This document shows, in pieces, positions 1 to 13,237 of a DNA stretch of 64,000 nt (its first letter is position 1; the number at the start of each line of letters is the position of its first letter). Position numbers and translations under genes: made by a program. Source of the stretch: Mizuhopecten yessoensis (taxonomy: Eukaryota); contig NW_018408747.1 of the NCBI RefSeq assembly GCF_002113885.1, positions 692,485 to 756,484 on the forward strand, given 5' to 3'. Below the pieces are notes generated by a model. It saw only the letters and a list, made by a program, of their open reading frames with translations. It was not told the DNA's origin and searched no databases.

Positions 1-1063
1 CTTGGATTGGTATTAAATACTTGTCTGATTGTTTCTACCGGGGTCCGCCGTGGTTTGGCCCGGAGGTACAGGGTTGTGAGGAGGGGGCAGCGATGCTTCA
101 TTTGTCGGTGTAATCAAGTGTACTGTCTTCATTTTGCACACCAGTTCCCACAGATGTCCAACACAAAATCCAATCAGCTCCACTGTTTTACATTCCTCGT
201 TTTATCATTCTCTCATTACTTCAACATACTTAACATGGCCACATGCTCACAAATGCTCTCGCTTCACTAATTTCTTCTGAAATTTTCCATAATCCATTTC
301 GATATTTAATTTTGAGATTTCATCAGTAAGTATAATGACGTCATGTCGCGTATTTTTTTCTGATTGGTTGTTGATTGGAACATCCGGGTCTTACTGATGT
401 AGGTATAACGGAGGACAACCAATGTTTTTTAGATAAAGATGTTAGATACTTCAGCGTTGTAAGGATTTTTGAAAAGATGCTCTGTTTTCTCTCGTTTTAA
501 TTTGTTTGAAAATAGATTATTGATATAATATTTGCCAAACCATTCATCTTTAACAACGAAAATCTGTTACCATTGATATCAAAACAGGTAGAGCTCTGTT
601 CTCATACTTAACAAATAACTTGTGTCTCGTCCTTCTAAGGTAAGCCTCTCCTTTTTCTCTTCGATTTTGTCATGATTTTGATTTTTGATTTTCCAGAGAT
701 TTCAGAGATTTTTATTATCACTCAGGCACACTATTGTGCGCAACAAGAGGTCATCATAAAGTACAATATAACAATGAGGGGTGCGGAAAACGAAAGAGAG
801 CATAACCCCTGAAATAACGAGGATGCAGGTGTCTCGGTCTAACACGCCTTTTACCGCAACAGTAGATATAGATATCTGGATTGTCAAAGAAAAAATGCAA
901 CAAAGCTAAGAGAAAAGGTTTAATTTAAAAGATCCCATTCACCATATGTCAGACATGTAAACTTTAAAAGTGTTTTCAGAAATGCAGGGTTGGAGGTATT
1001 TAGGGTAGAGTTTACGCACATTTATTTTATTATTGATAATTTATTTACTTATTTACTACTTAC

Positions 1064-1122
1064 CTGTGGGTAAATCTGGACGTACCCTGTGTTGTTATGA
1101 TGTTATGGTAGGTACGGTACAA
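1064..1122 (-). other. Candidate spliced exon, 59 nt, probably non-coding/5' UTR
   Basis: Minus-strand acceptor tttcttttcttttgttgtAG and donor CAG|GTAAGT, both near consensus. Confidence 0.6.
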
Positions 1123-2568
1123 CTACAACAAAAGAAAAGAAACCTTCTTCAAAATCGTTAAAAACATAAATGGGTCACAACTATATCTTACTATTTTGCT
1201 ACCTCTGATTAATTTATTCAAACTGCTTTATTTTATAGAAAACATTTAAAAAACAAATGTCGAGATGAAATGTATCAAAGGCAGGGTATGAACACATCAA
1301 TGCATTAAACATGTAAAGTAAACACCCACTACCAACTTCTTCACATTTATTTTTCGAAATAGGGCAGGGTGCTACAAAATAAATTTGCATGATTATGGCA
1401 TGGTCATTATAAGGATCAAGGTGCAACACAAACTATAAGGTGCAACCCAGAATAAAGTGTTGACAAATTATATAGAACATGGTCACCGGTCAAGTATGTG
1501 TTATCTTATTAGACCAGTTTATTTACAAAATACACCAAATTGTGATGAAAGGTTCCAATTACAGTGTCTAGTCTTGTTTAAATAAGGCCATTTATTAATT
1601 TGCTACTCGTCATTTCAGCTCCTTATATTTGAATGATTCCCTAGCGGAAGATTTATTTATGCAAAAAGCCAAATATATTTAGTTGATGCATGTATATCCT
1701 TAATGGAGGCATTAATGCCATTTCTTTTCAACTTTACAAATAGTAAATAATATCGTTCTGTATTTTGTGTTCAACATGAAAAAAAATGTGCAATGATCAA
1801 CGCTTAAATACCTTTTTGTTAAATTTGTTTCTGCAGACAGGATATACTTGAACAGATTTAAAAGGAAATCTGAAGTTGGTGTTAAACGCCAACACTAGTC
1901 TGGGAAAACAACAAAGGAATTCGCATTCTATTTACATAAAGTTTACCAAAGTTTACATATGGCCAGATACAACATATATTTGTAATTAAGTTTTATCGAA
2001 ACATATTCTGGTGTCAATAAATCAGCTTTAAGTTTGGGCAGATGCTACATAAAACCATTATTAAACCCATTTCCCAAATAATATACAGGGTTCAACATTG
2101 TAATAATTTATAGGTCATCAATATTTTATAATATACTGCTATGGTAACATTGTTCCTAAATAGTGAAAGATACGAAATTTAATACAGTTTAATTGTGTCA
2201 CTAAATTAAAATCATTTGGTGTATTTTATACCACTGTACAAATTCCTAAATATCATAGTGGTCGTGTCTACAGGCAGATTCTCGTTTTCAAACAAAAGTA
2301 ACTCTATGCTAACATATTTATCTACAATGTCGAGAATTCAAAAGGAAGCTTGTGCCTATGTAGACGATAATGAAAACAATAAAAGTTAATGAGAAAGGAA
2401 TCTCCACAGTTTTTCACTTTTTTTTGTAACACGAAAAAAGGTAATTTTTGCGAATATTTTTTCTCTCTTTTATAGAATAATAATTTAGGATGTTACTTTT
2501 GCATAATGTGATACTTGGAGTAATTAATGCATAGTTACTAGATAAAATAGAAATATACCATTGCGCCA

Positions 2569-3418
2569 ACACACAAGACAATATATACCACATTACCGGC
2601 ACACATATATATTGTATACCATAGTGTCAACACAGAGACAGGAAACCAGAACTCAAAAAAGACACAAGAGTTAATGAATCTGATGGTGGACGAGACCATC
2701 ACATTCCTGCAGTGTGGTATGAGGGACTGTGTTCATTTACCCCACTGCGTGATTGTATCCTATGATCACTGAAATGCATAATCGGGGATTTCCGTCTGTG
2801 TCGTCTGCTAAATGGACACTTTCACATCCGCCAATGATCTTGATGCGTCCATTGCATTATTTCTGTACTTTCTTGACTCATTTGGCATACTTATCGTTTT
2901 CTTTTTACAACCATTAGCTTTGTGTGTGAATGTGTTGATTGGCCGTTAAAACCGTAAAACCCAAACAACTTTAATGGTTCTCAAAAACTATGGAGTCGTA
3001 AGAGGGTGCTACGGATCTAGAAGGGAAGCGTTCTTGTTCCAATGGTACAGTATAACTCTCTACATTGAGATAAACCGCGGGGGATATCTAGAGGAGGAGT
3101 ATAACGATAACAAGATAACAGAATATGTAAATAAAACTAAATGTATGTTAAATGTCGTCGTCACTAAATATCCCCTTGATTTCCACTCAGCCGACACAGA
3201 AGGATACTCTCGATTCTGCATTTTAGTAAACATCGGATGCAATCCTGCAGTGGGGTAAAGGAACACAGTCCCCCATACGACACTGCTGGGAGTGTTGTTT
3301 GTCACGTCAACTACCAGATTCAATATCTTCTCGTGTCCTTTTGGGTTCTGATTTCCTTCATGATTCTTGACACTATGGTATACAATATCGTGTTAGAGGT
3401 GTATATTGTCTTGTGTGT
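2569..3418. repeat. Diverged inverted repeat, arms ~2569-2816 and ~3182-3418, spacer ~365 bp
   Basis: Reverse complement of the right arm aligns to the left arm, e.g. atattgtataccatagtgtcaa, gggactgtgttc(a/c)tttaccccactgc, tctgtgtcg. Confidence 0.9.
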
Positions 3419-3522
3419 ACATATGTTAATAGGTTAAACGTCTTCAGCGGTCGATGATACACGAGATCTTTTTCAAAGGTGATGATTTCTGAATTTTATC
3501 GGTGACACCTGTGAGCACTTAC

Positions 3523-3594
3523 CTTTTTCTGTTTGGTTTGTGTATCCTGCAATTGTTCTTCCGTAGGGAAGCTTCCAGTTTCTGTCCTTTACTG
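3523..3594 (-). other. Candidate spliced exon, 72 nt
   Basis: Minus-strand acceptor ctttaatttcAG (NAGNAG) and donor AAG|GTAAGT; no ATG in the exon. Confidence 0.55.
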
Positions 3595-3719
3595 CTGAAA
3601 TTAAAGTTTGTTATTTTTTTTTAATTTTCGTTTTTTTTTTATTATTTATTTTTTATTTCAAAATAGATTGAGGATATTCCATGTTTCTTGATCAACTATC
3701 AACAACTTAGTTTCAGCAG

Positions 3720-4560
3720 CTCAAATCAGAATAAATTTAAGTCTTATCCAATCATGGCTTAACAGCTATGCTCCGAGTCAGTAATAGGTTTAATCTGATA
3801 ATTGTTTAACAATTTCTGTCTGAGTCAACAGTAATGTTAATCTTATGATGACTTAAAAGCTCTGATCTGAGTGAATATTAAGTTTAATCTAATGATGGTT
3901 CAACAATTCCAATCTGAGTCGATACTAAAGTTAATCATATTAGGTTGAAATGCTCTGCTTGAGTCAATATCAAGTTTAATCTTGTTAAGTTTTATTAGCT
4001 CTGATCTGAGTAAAAAATATGTTTAATCTTATGATGATGGTACAACATTTTTGATCTGAGTCAATATTAATAGTTCAAAATTTCTTGTCTAAGTCAGTAG
4101 TAAGGTAATCTTACGACATTTAGAAGATCTGATCTTAGTCAATGATAAATTTAATCCATCGATGTTTTTAAAAGCTCTTATCTGAATCAATAATAAGCTT
4201 AATAAAACAATTAATTTATTTGTTTTTTTTGGGGTTTAACGTCCATGCAACCGCCAGGGTCATATGGCGACGGTCGCACATTAGTCGCCTCTTACGATCA
4301 TGCAGTGGGATATATCAGACCTTTTCTTTGTCCGAGCCTGCACGGGTTCTTATTAAAAATACAGTTAAACTAGTATTATCTGTGTCAATATTAAGTTTAA
4401 TCCAATGATGTTTTAAATGTTAGGTTCAGGGGCAGTAACTAATTTTAATCTTAGGACGTTTTTCAGCTTAAAATCTGCTTAAATGTTATATCTATTCTAA
4501 TGATATTTCAATAACACTCATCTGAGTTTAGTTTAAACTTAATCAAGTGAGTATTAACTC
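3720..4560. repeat. Degenerate ~47-bp tandem array interrupted by a SINE fragment
   Basis: Recurring tctgagtcaata..aagtttaatctta at ~46-47 bp spacing. Confidence 0.8.
4213..4348 (-). mobile_element. Meta-domain SINE 3' fragment
   Basis: Minus strand has gcatgatcgtaagaggcgactaa (Meta-domain motif, recalled), then tail catatgaccctggcggttgcatggacgttaaacccc and an A-rich end; same motifs occur at 38420 and 44960. Confidence 0.75.
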
Positions 4561-5470
4561 CGATCTTGATGTATTGTTAATTGAAAGATGATGTTTTCTC
4601 CACATGAGGACAACATGACATACAAGTATGTGGTTATCATTAGATTATTGTATACGAAACCAGTACGATCGTACTGATATAGTCCTTTACTTGCAGCAGT
4701 AATCTTCTCGACGAGTGAGAGAATCTGAAAATTTATTAAAAAAAACATTTAACACGAAATTGAAAAGAGCAAGATTATTTATACTACCAAAAAAATTAAC
4801 ACATTTTTATTAGGACTATGCTTGACAATGTTTATCGAGAAAAAAAATTGCGATTGTTGGGAAAAGGATGGTAGATATAAGCAGTTAAAACACACTTCAC
4901 GGACGGACGCCTGAATTGTCTGCTTTTCTATTTGTGCCAATATAGTCGTAAATCTCAGTTTAACGTACTTTTGTATAGCCGGTTATCGTTGAAACCATTT
5001 GTAGATTTTCATCCCTTGCTTTAGCTATTTTAAAATCCCCCCTATCGAGGCAACATAATGGAAACATAAAAAAAAATGGGCTTTGATGATTTTCATAACG
5101 AGATCGCAATATATGTTACCGATACAGCGTATTAAAGTAGAGGCGATGGTACTGATAACAGTACTGTGGACGAAGTGGATGCGCGCAGATTAAACGGAAA
5201 ATACACACACTAAAATTATCATCACAGACGTAGGAGATTGTCACAAGTGTTGGATAAGGCCGTAGTGTTTTTACTGTAGATGAAATTGTGTTGCGTATCA
5301 CACAAGTCGGGATGACAGACGGCGAACAGTTAAATTCCCCCTTCTCCCTAGACGGGGGCCCCTCTCCCTTATAAAACGCCTCGTAACACCATACAGACAT
5401 CACCCGTATAGCCTAACAAAGATCTAATGATAATTCGAATCATGTAAAAACAGCAATAATTCTTAAGTTT

Positions 5471-5715
5471 TGTCTTTTTCATTTCGTTCCTCCTAAATTC
5501 CACTGACAATTCATGCTATTTAGAAGCGCAGATTGAAGAATGTGCTCGTTTTTGTTCATTTTTCACTACCATAAAATAACCTCGATTTATAGTTCTGTCT
5601 TTTTCATTTCATCACTCCTAAATGCCCCTGCCAGCTCACGAGATTTAGACGCGATAAACAGAAAAATGTGCTCGTTTTTTGTTTATTTTCAACTGTCAAA
5701 AATAATTTCGATTTA
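5471..5715. repeat. Two diverged tandem copies of ~125 bp
   Basis: tgtctttttcatttc...ctcctaaat...atttaga...aatgtgctcgttttt...aaaataa..tcgattt occurs twice. Confidence 0.8.
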
Positions 5716-5915
5716 ATAAAAAGGATATAATTTCTTTATGATAGTTTTGATATCTTGCTAAATAATTAGAATTCATGTGAAAACGCAAAATTAAAATACG
5801 ATACACATTAATTAAAAATAAACTGCTTGATTTAAACATATTCTATTTGCAAAAAAACCCAAATGGGATCAGATATAAGTTGAAAAAAATTGAAAACCGT
5901 TTTTTCCCTGTAGAT

Positions 5916-6119
5916 AACTGTAAACACATTTATTTTAGTACACTCAAATTTTAGCACATTATCAAACTTTAACAGATTACAGCATTAATAATTAAGCTCA
6001 CCTACATTAAATGCCATAGAAACCTTCAAACAGAAATTGAATAAGTGCAATAATATTTAAGCGCCAAACGACAAAAGCGCTGAAATATAATTACCGCTAA
6101 AATATAAACGTTTACGGTA
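5916..6119. mobile_element. MITE with imperfect TIRs (Tc1/mariner-pogo type ends)
   Basis: Left end actgtaaacacatttattttag; right end reverse-complements to taccgtaaacgtttatattttag; ~200 bp, non-coding. Confidence 0.65.
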
Positions 6120-6184
6120 TCGCAGTATGATACATAATGTGTTTGAGAGCTGGTTTATACATGTTGTTTTAGAAAGTCGCTTTG

Positions 6185-6760
6185 TGACTTTGTGACAGAT
6201 CGAAAATCTTTGAACAGCTATGGTATAAGGAACTCATAACTAAACTAAAATCACTTAGGATAATTAGTAGGCTTTTAAGCCAGTTTGAAAATGCCCTCTG
6301 GTAGGCAACACCGACTATTTATTTTCAATTTATCTTTCCAATATGGGTATTGTAAAAGTAGGAGTTCCTCAGGGTTCTATTTTATGACCTCCTTTATTTT
6401 CAGTTTTGCGTTAACAGCTTAGCTCCGCGTTGCATTCTGCTTCCAGAATTTTTGCTGACAGCACATCACTTTCTGTAGTAAAATAGAAACGACTATTAGA
6501 ACCGATCTTGATACCTGAAATAAAGTGGTGAAAAATGGTTAGATTGTTTTTATGCTAGCAAACAGACGTGTTTTTTCCAACCTTGATGCTAAAAAATTAA
6601 AACAAAAATTGTGCGAAATATTAAATTTTACAGAAATATATACACATTTGGGGCAATTCTCAACGCTGAAAAAAATGAAAATATGGAACTATACACATTT
6701 TATTTTGAAGGAAAAACACTTTATGAAATTAAAAAACATGCTTACAATATAATATAAAGT
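6185..6760 (+). mobile_element. Decayed CR1-group LINE reverse transcriptase fragment
   Basis: Collinear RT motifs with stops and frameshifts: CDRSKIFEQLWYKELITKLK (cf. D.SKAFD.VWH..L..KL), GVPQGSIL at 6361, RIFADSTSL (cf. FADDT), THLG. Confidence 0.88.
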
Positions 6761-6879
6761 TAAAATGCATTACTCTTTCATTTTATATAACTTTTGATAA
6801 GCTTAAATTTATGGGATGGATGCCCGTGTTGTTTCTTTCGTACGAGGCTCAATTTACTGACTAGCTTATAAGGATAGGT

Positions 6880-7510
6880 GACAAGTTTTCTCTTTCAAAA
6901 TAAATCGACCAAGCTGTCTTTAAATAACAAGACATTCATTGACCACGTCGATCGTCTGTACACTTCTAGACTTGAAATCAAGGACACTACAATTTCTTCT
7001 TCAGCCGCCTACTTCGATCTTTACTTGCAATATGATCAGCAAAGTCGGATTACTAATAATATGACGATTTCAGTATTTCCGAATGAGAATTTTTCCCTTT
7101 CTCGATAGAAACATCCCTCATTCCCGAACGTATGGTGTTGACTCGTTGCAATCGATTAGGTATTTAAGAGGTTGCTCCGAAAAAAACCTTAATTTCCGTG
7201 GTAGATAGCCACCGCTGACGGGCAAACTTACAACACCGGGTTTCGAGATATACAGTTGATAAAGTTTATGGAAAAGTTTTATAGTCGCTATCCTAATCTC
7301 ATTGAGATTTTTTTATTTATTTTTTATATACGAACGTCGATGCTTTTGTATAATGTTCATTGGTGTGCCTTGCTGTTTCGTTTTCATAACATCGGTTCCG
7401 GCTTTGTGAACATTATGTTACTTGGATTTGCCCAAATCTTATGGTGAATGTCATCGAGTAAAAAAAAAAGGACGCTTATCCTTCCGGGACACATGGTCTT
7501 ATTTTTCTAG
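6880..7510 (+). mobile_element. Decayed Penelope-like retroelement, RT C-terminus and 3' tail
   Basis: LSLNN..F.D.VDRLY...LEIKDTT....AAYFDL, then DDF, FPFLDRNIP...TYGV...Q.IRY.R.CS and KFYSRYPNLI across frameshifts; tail gacgcttatccttccgggacacatggtct. Confidence 0.85.
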
Positions 7511-8739
7511 TTCTTGTTTAAGGATTCTCATGTAAATCTTTCATTTGTTCATATTTCCCCCCTTTAAAATGTCTGTTTTCACCTCGCTATTACGTGTTTG
7601 TTTGATAAGTTTTAAGTTTGGACAATGACAAATTCATCAGCTGAGGAAAACATACCATAAAAGTTTGTAATATCATACATGCATGCGTTTTTGTTACCAT
7701 TAGCAGGGAGAGAGGCGGCCATCTACCCAAGCATCAGAAAGGGCCATAAACATGCAAATACAGCAACCAGCAAACACTGAAATATCATGAAATTCTTCCA
7801 TTTTGTTTAAGTCATGAATAATAAGAAAATTAAACGAGGGAATCCAATTCCATAAAAGATTTTGATAGCAAACCATCAGGCCATATTTACGACATAAACT
7901 GTGTCGCGAGGGCCTTCTCTGGTCGGCAGTCGCGACCTTACTACGCCACTGTCTCATGCACCGGTCATTATATTTCAAATAAGAACAATATTTCAGTCTT
8001 CTAGTTTGGCAGTGTACTAATTACAGAGCGACTCTATCCTTCTTGGACAAGAAAAGTGTACAATAAATTATTCAATGTAGAGGTCTGTCCGCCGTGAGCA
8101 GGAGACGCAAGCAGGTGCAGACGACAACAGAAACAATAAAAGCGCGGCAAGGCCTTTGTAGTCAATAAACGTTGTCAGCTTCATCAACGATGCCCGGGGT
8201 ACCGGAAGTAGGGGCCCATTTGGGGAGCGCAGACGGACTTTGAGATGTATTTAGAATACCATTTGATGACTATATAATCGGATATTTCACGATTTTCGTA
8301 GGACATAAACCTATATTTGTGGAGCAAACAGCTGGTCCAACAATTATCCCGAAGAGTAGTGTTGGTCGAGTGTTTGTATTCACAAACTGAAGTTGTATAA
8401 AAGGGTGCATTATTTAAATCTTTATCCTACGATAAACGGTTTATCTCTACCTGCAACATCGACATATCTTATTTCATTTTCATAGATGTAAACGTTTTAC
8501 TTAACGCTATATTATATATTTCTAACGTATTATGTGCATGACTTTCATATTAACATAAATGTTAATTTGGTTAAAAGTACGCCTCTTCATTCCTAACTAC
8601 TTCATTTCTTTTAGGTTATATATCAAATTCAATAAAATAACATATTTGGTGTTTATGGAATATCGGCAATTCGGGGTAATACATGTTACCGATCTGCGTA
8701 TCGGCAGCTGCTTTAGTAAAATACGTAATATTATATTCG

Positions 8740-8915
8740 TTACAGTACCATTCCATTCTAAACGAACGAGTAACATACAGTACCGTTATCAATTCATTCT
8801 TAAACAAACGAGTAACGTACATTACCGTTATTAGTCCATTCTAAAACGAACGAGTAACGTACATTACCGTTATTAGTCCATTCTGAAACGAACGAGTAAC
8901 ATACATTACCGTTAT
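8740..8915. repeat. 42-bp minisatellite, ~4 copies
   Basis: gagtaac recurs at 8768, 8810, 8852 and 8894. Confidence 0.95.
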
Positions 8916-9154
8916 CGGGCCTTATTTTAGTCGATTGCATCCATGGGTATTTTTGGTCATAGAAATGCCTATACATCAAGACTACTTTCCCTAACAAAGG
9001 ACTTGTATTGCACATGTGATATGCTTCTATACCTTCACTTAATGAGCGGGTATATAGTTAATGCTTTCTTTAATGTTTGCAATGAAATATTTCCACTAGA
9101 TTTCAAGTTCTCAGTGACATATTTCATAAACAAATGCGTTTTGTCACTATATTC

Positions 9155-9578
9155 ATGTTCTCAGTCACTTATTTCATTATTAAATCCGTATTATCACGAG
9201 CTGTCAAGTTCTCAGTCACTTATTTCATTATTAAATCCGTAGTATCACTAGCTGTCAAGTTACAGTCACTTATTTCATTATTTAATCCGTAGTATCACGA
9301 GCTGTCAAGTTCTCAGTCACTTATTTCATTATTAAATCCGTATTATCACGAGCTGTCAAGTTCTCAGTCACTTATTTCATTATTAAATCCGTATTATCAC
9401 GAGCTGTCGAGTTCTCAGTCACCTATTTCATTATTAAATCCGTAGTATCACGAGCTGTCAAGTTCTCAGTCACTGATTTCATTATTAAATCCGTAGTATC
9501 ACGAGCTGTCAAGTTCTCAGTCACTTATTTCATTATTAAATCCGTATTTTCACGAGCTGTCAAGTTTCAAGTCACCCA
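9155..9578. repeat. 51-bp minisatellite, ~8 copies with degenerate flanking units
   Basis: Unit tcaagttctcagtcacttatttcattattaaatccgtattatcacgagctg. Confidence 0.97.
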
Positions 9579-10014
9579 TTTAAAAAAACAATCACGTTTG
9601 TCACTAGATATCAAGTTCTCGGTGACTTTTCTTAAACGAATTTCGGGTATTTTTCACCAGTTTTCAAGTTCTCAGTGACTTATTGCATACATGTATACAA
9701 AAGTGATAAAGAATATTTCCTTGATTAGCACGAGGACAATCTGGGATTCATTTAACTTACTTTATACTTACATAAGGACATATTAGTTAGCAAATTGTAT
9801 CTGATTCAACGTCCGTCTTTCAAAGTCTGGAAAGAAGAAAGTGGTCCTTGAAATTCTTGCCAATCAATCACAAAACATATGTCTATATCTCAATGTTAAC
9901 ATAGTATACTAAATATGTTTATTTATGACAATTCGATATTAATTAACGTAACAGTTCAGGAATGATTCAAAATCTCCGAGTTTTGTAGTTTACATTTTGT
10001 GTTGCAGTTCTGAC

Positions 10015-10400
10015 TTCATTCATTCATTCATTAATTCATTCAAAAAATATTTTACTAACATTAAATAGTCAAAGGGATTGGGCACAACCTCTTACAACTT
10101 ACAAGGCCCTCTCCCAACAGTACAATAAACAACTGTTACTAATATCAAGTGATGACAAACATATCTTATGCAATAATTGATATTTAAAATAGAAAGAGAA
10201 AGGGAGTGAGGAAAAAGGTGAAATGGGGGAACAGAAGATTCAGGAGATATCCTTGTTGCATAAGTTGTCCACTAAATTGTTTCAAACTTTTTTTGTATAT
10301 GTTATGTAAACTGTACAGCGAAAATAATATCGACATTGGTTTGGAAAGGAAGATCAACATCAACCAAAAAAAAGGAGTATCAATGTTCACAATGGCATTT
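10015..10400 (-). mobile_element. CR1-like LINE 3' end remnant
   Basis: Minus strand reads roughly NIDT..FG...FQTNVDIIFAVQ (ORF2-end-like, frameshifted); tail ggagagggccttgtaagttgtaagaggttgtgcccaatcc and (tgaa)n terminus; similar tail at 14800-14880. Confidence 0.65.
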
Positions 10401-10967
10401 AATAATCCTATTTGTATATTAGAAAATGGACTTAATTCAGGCGTGAAATTTAAGACTAATAAATGCTTTAATCTTTTCTACGAGCTGTCTTTACCATTCC
10501 CTGAAAATCGTCGTGATTGTGATGCATTCCCTTTCACTTACAATAATAAATGGTACGATGTCGTGTTCTAATTTACATGCAATGCAGTGAGATATGATAT
10601 ATGGCCTAGCAAGTAATATGGCAATTGTGGAATGTCATACATTTGTCATTTAACTGTAAAGCACATTGAAGTTTAAATAGAAGCACATATTTCCTTCTAT
10701 TTCAATTCATAAATCAGGGAATCGAAAAAATCTGCTGTTAACTTAAATGCGCTTCCAAAATTCTCTCTTGTTATCTCTTTTGTATTACATTTTTTGTCAC
10801 TATGGTCAAATACATTCATGCATAACTGTTATATTAAACATCAAGGTACATCAAACGACGAACCAAGAGCTTACCCCAGCCATTGTAGCGTACCACTCTC
10901 CGTATGTTTCAAAACAGCTATTTCTCTTTTGAAAGGGAAATGAGGTTCTTCCGAAGGAATACCCCCC

Positions 10968-11022
10968 NNNNNNNNNNNNNNNNNNNNNNNNNNNNNNNNN
11001 NNNNNNNNNNNNNNNNNNNNNN
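10968..11022. other. Assembly gap (55 N) flanked by C-runs
   Basis: Directly visible. Confidence 1.
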
Positions 11023-11851
11023 CCGAACCCCCCACCCCCACCCCACCTCTTGTAACCGAGTTGGAAAAGTCTGTTCGTAAAAGCATTTAAATATAACCCA
11101 ATCCAAAGTATTCAACAAGATTCATCAGTTTGGAAATATACAATATCAAAGTTTTACTTTATACACAAACACTCTACGCATTTAACGTGTCGCAACGTTT
11201 CAAGACCGAATGGTCCCTTTGTCAAGCTATGAATGAGTGAACAGTGTAACGTAACTTTATACTGCATAAAATAATCATACTTGAAATCGAACAAAAATTG
11301 ATATTTTCTAACCTCAAGTGTATATTGCACACTACTCCCATATGCCGTATTCTGTTTGTAACTCTATTGAAAGCGCTGTAACACCTTTTATTGAGTTATA
11401 CATAAGTGTTATCATATGTGTCCATGTGGCCTGTCTCTGTTACATTTATTCGATATATCACATTGAAAATACAAATTCACAGTTTTCAAATAAAACGTTT
11501 TTGCAAAATATTAATTATTTTCATATTTCACGTAATTGATTTTGATAGTTTGAGCTATTGTTTCGTTTTTGTTTTAATGGTCTGTGCTTTCTTTCATCGT
11601 CCGAAGTTGACAAGACATCATATTTCTTCAGTAGATAAATAAAAGAATGCTATTATGTCTAATAATACCACCACGTTTTGATGGTTTGCTGACAAAAGAT
11701 TACATCAATAAAAGCAATATGCTACCATTTAGAAAGCACACGTGACCAAGGTAAAACGTTTAAAGAATTGAACGTTCGTATATCGAAAGCCGTGTTGTTT
11801 CCTTTCAGGAGTTTTTTTGTCGTTCACAAAATCCTGAATCTTGATATACGT

Positions 11852-12107
11852 CATTTATACACTTACACTATGATTGTTCGAAGAACATAATACGCATTTA
11901 TACACTTACACTATGATTGTTCGAAGAACATAATACGCATTTATACACTTACACTATGATTGTTCGAAGAACATAATAAGCATTTATACACTTACACTAT
12001 GATTGTTTGAAGAACATGATACGCATTTATACACTTACACTATGATTGTTTGAAGAACATAATACGCATTTATACACTTACACTATGAATGTTCGAAGAA
12101 CATAATA
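11852..12107. repeat. 43-bp minisatellite, 6 copies
   Basis: Unit catttatacacttacactatgattgttcgaagaacataatacg. Confidence 0.97.
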
Positions 12108-12430
12108 ATTTCATTTGTTTTCATAATTGATTTAATTGTTTGGGGACATTGTTTTTGTATGAAATTAGCCAGTACTCCTCTGAATATTTCAAATTCATAA
12201 ATTAGGGGTTTTACTCACTTTTCCCTCTGCTTCAACAGTAGTTTGACCAATATTGAATTCCAATTTTTGTTTCCCTATTATAAATTGAACGAAACAGCTG
12301 TATGATGCAGTGTAATTTTTAGTGGTATACTGTATATATAACCAAGTTTAAAGGCGCAATGACCTGTGTTTGGGTTACGTTCATCTTACTGTATGGTTGT
12401 AATAAGCTGTGCTTTCTGCCATTAACACGA

Positions 12431-12560
12431 CAACGTTATTTCTCCCTTCAATACAGGTATTTTTTTTATATTTAATAATAATTTCATTTATACCAGTACC
12501 AGTTGTATTCAACGTTATTTCTCCCTTCAATACAGGTATTTTTTATATTTAATAATAATA
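12431..12560. repeat. Local ~50-bp direct duplication
   Basis: caacgttatttctcccttcaatacaggtatt(t)natatttaataata at 12431 and 12510. Confidence 0.9.
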
Positions 12561-13026
12561 CCTGATTTTCGTTTAGCTTAGAAAAAGATAAAATCAATTA
12601 ATAAAACATGTTGGCCTATAGAAAGTACAAGTGGCAAAGGTAAAATATTTAAACAATTGAAAGTGTGTATCGAAAGCGGCATTTTTTCTTTATTTTGTTT
12701 GTTTGTTTGTTTGTGTTTTGTTTTTGTCTTTCGAATATTCTTTAACACGTCATTCATACATTCATACACTGTGAATATTTCAACAACATAATCAGTTAAC
12801 ACATTACAGATTAAGTCAGTGCAAAAACGATTTTCAGAGATATGAAATTTTGGGGCAACTATGAAAAACAAAATTATTTTCACGACATAGAAAGAAAATG
12901 AAAATAAACATTTTACTTCCCAATATGGCCACTTCGTCTGTCAACTAGGGCTCATCAGCTTAAAGTGTTCCGATACATATACAGTAAAAATACATTGAAA
13001 ACAGGGGAGGCGCCTATAAAACCCTA

Positions 13027-13237
13027 TACTGTTTAACATAAAATGTTCGTTGTGTATAAACAATTATGGTTTTTGAGGTTGCTATGGAACCACGAAAATA
13101 TATACAACGAATGAAATTGATAAACATGGCCATTGTGTGTTTATATGGGGTATCAACGAAAGTTCGTATAACGAAACGGTCTAAAAAGCTTCATACGACG
13201 AAAGAAAGTACGCACGAATGTTTCATGTTATACAGTA
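13027..13237. mobile_element. MITE with 24-bp imperfect TIRs and TA ends
   Basis: Left tactgtttaacataaaatgttcgt; right reverse-complements to tactgtataacatgaaacattcgt. Confidence 0.8.
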
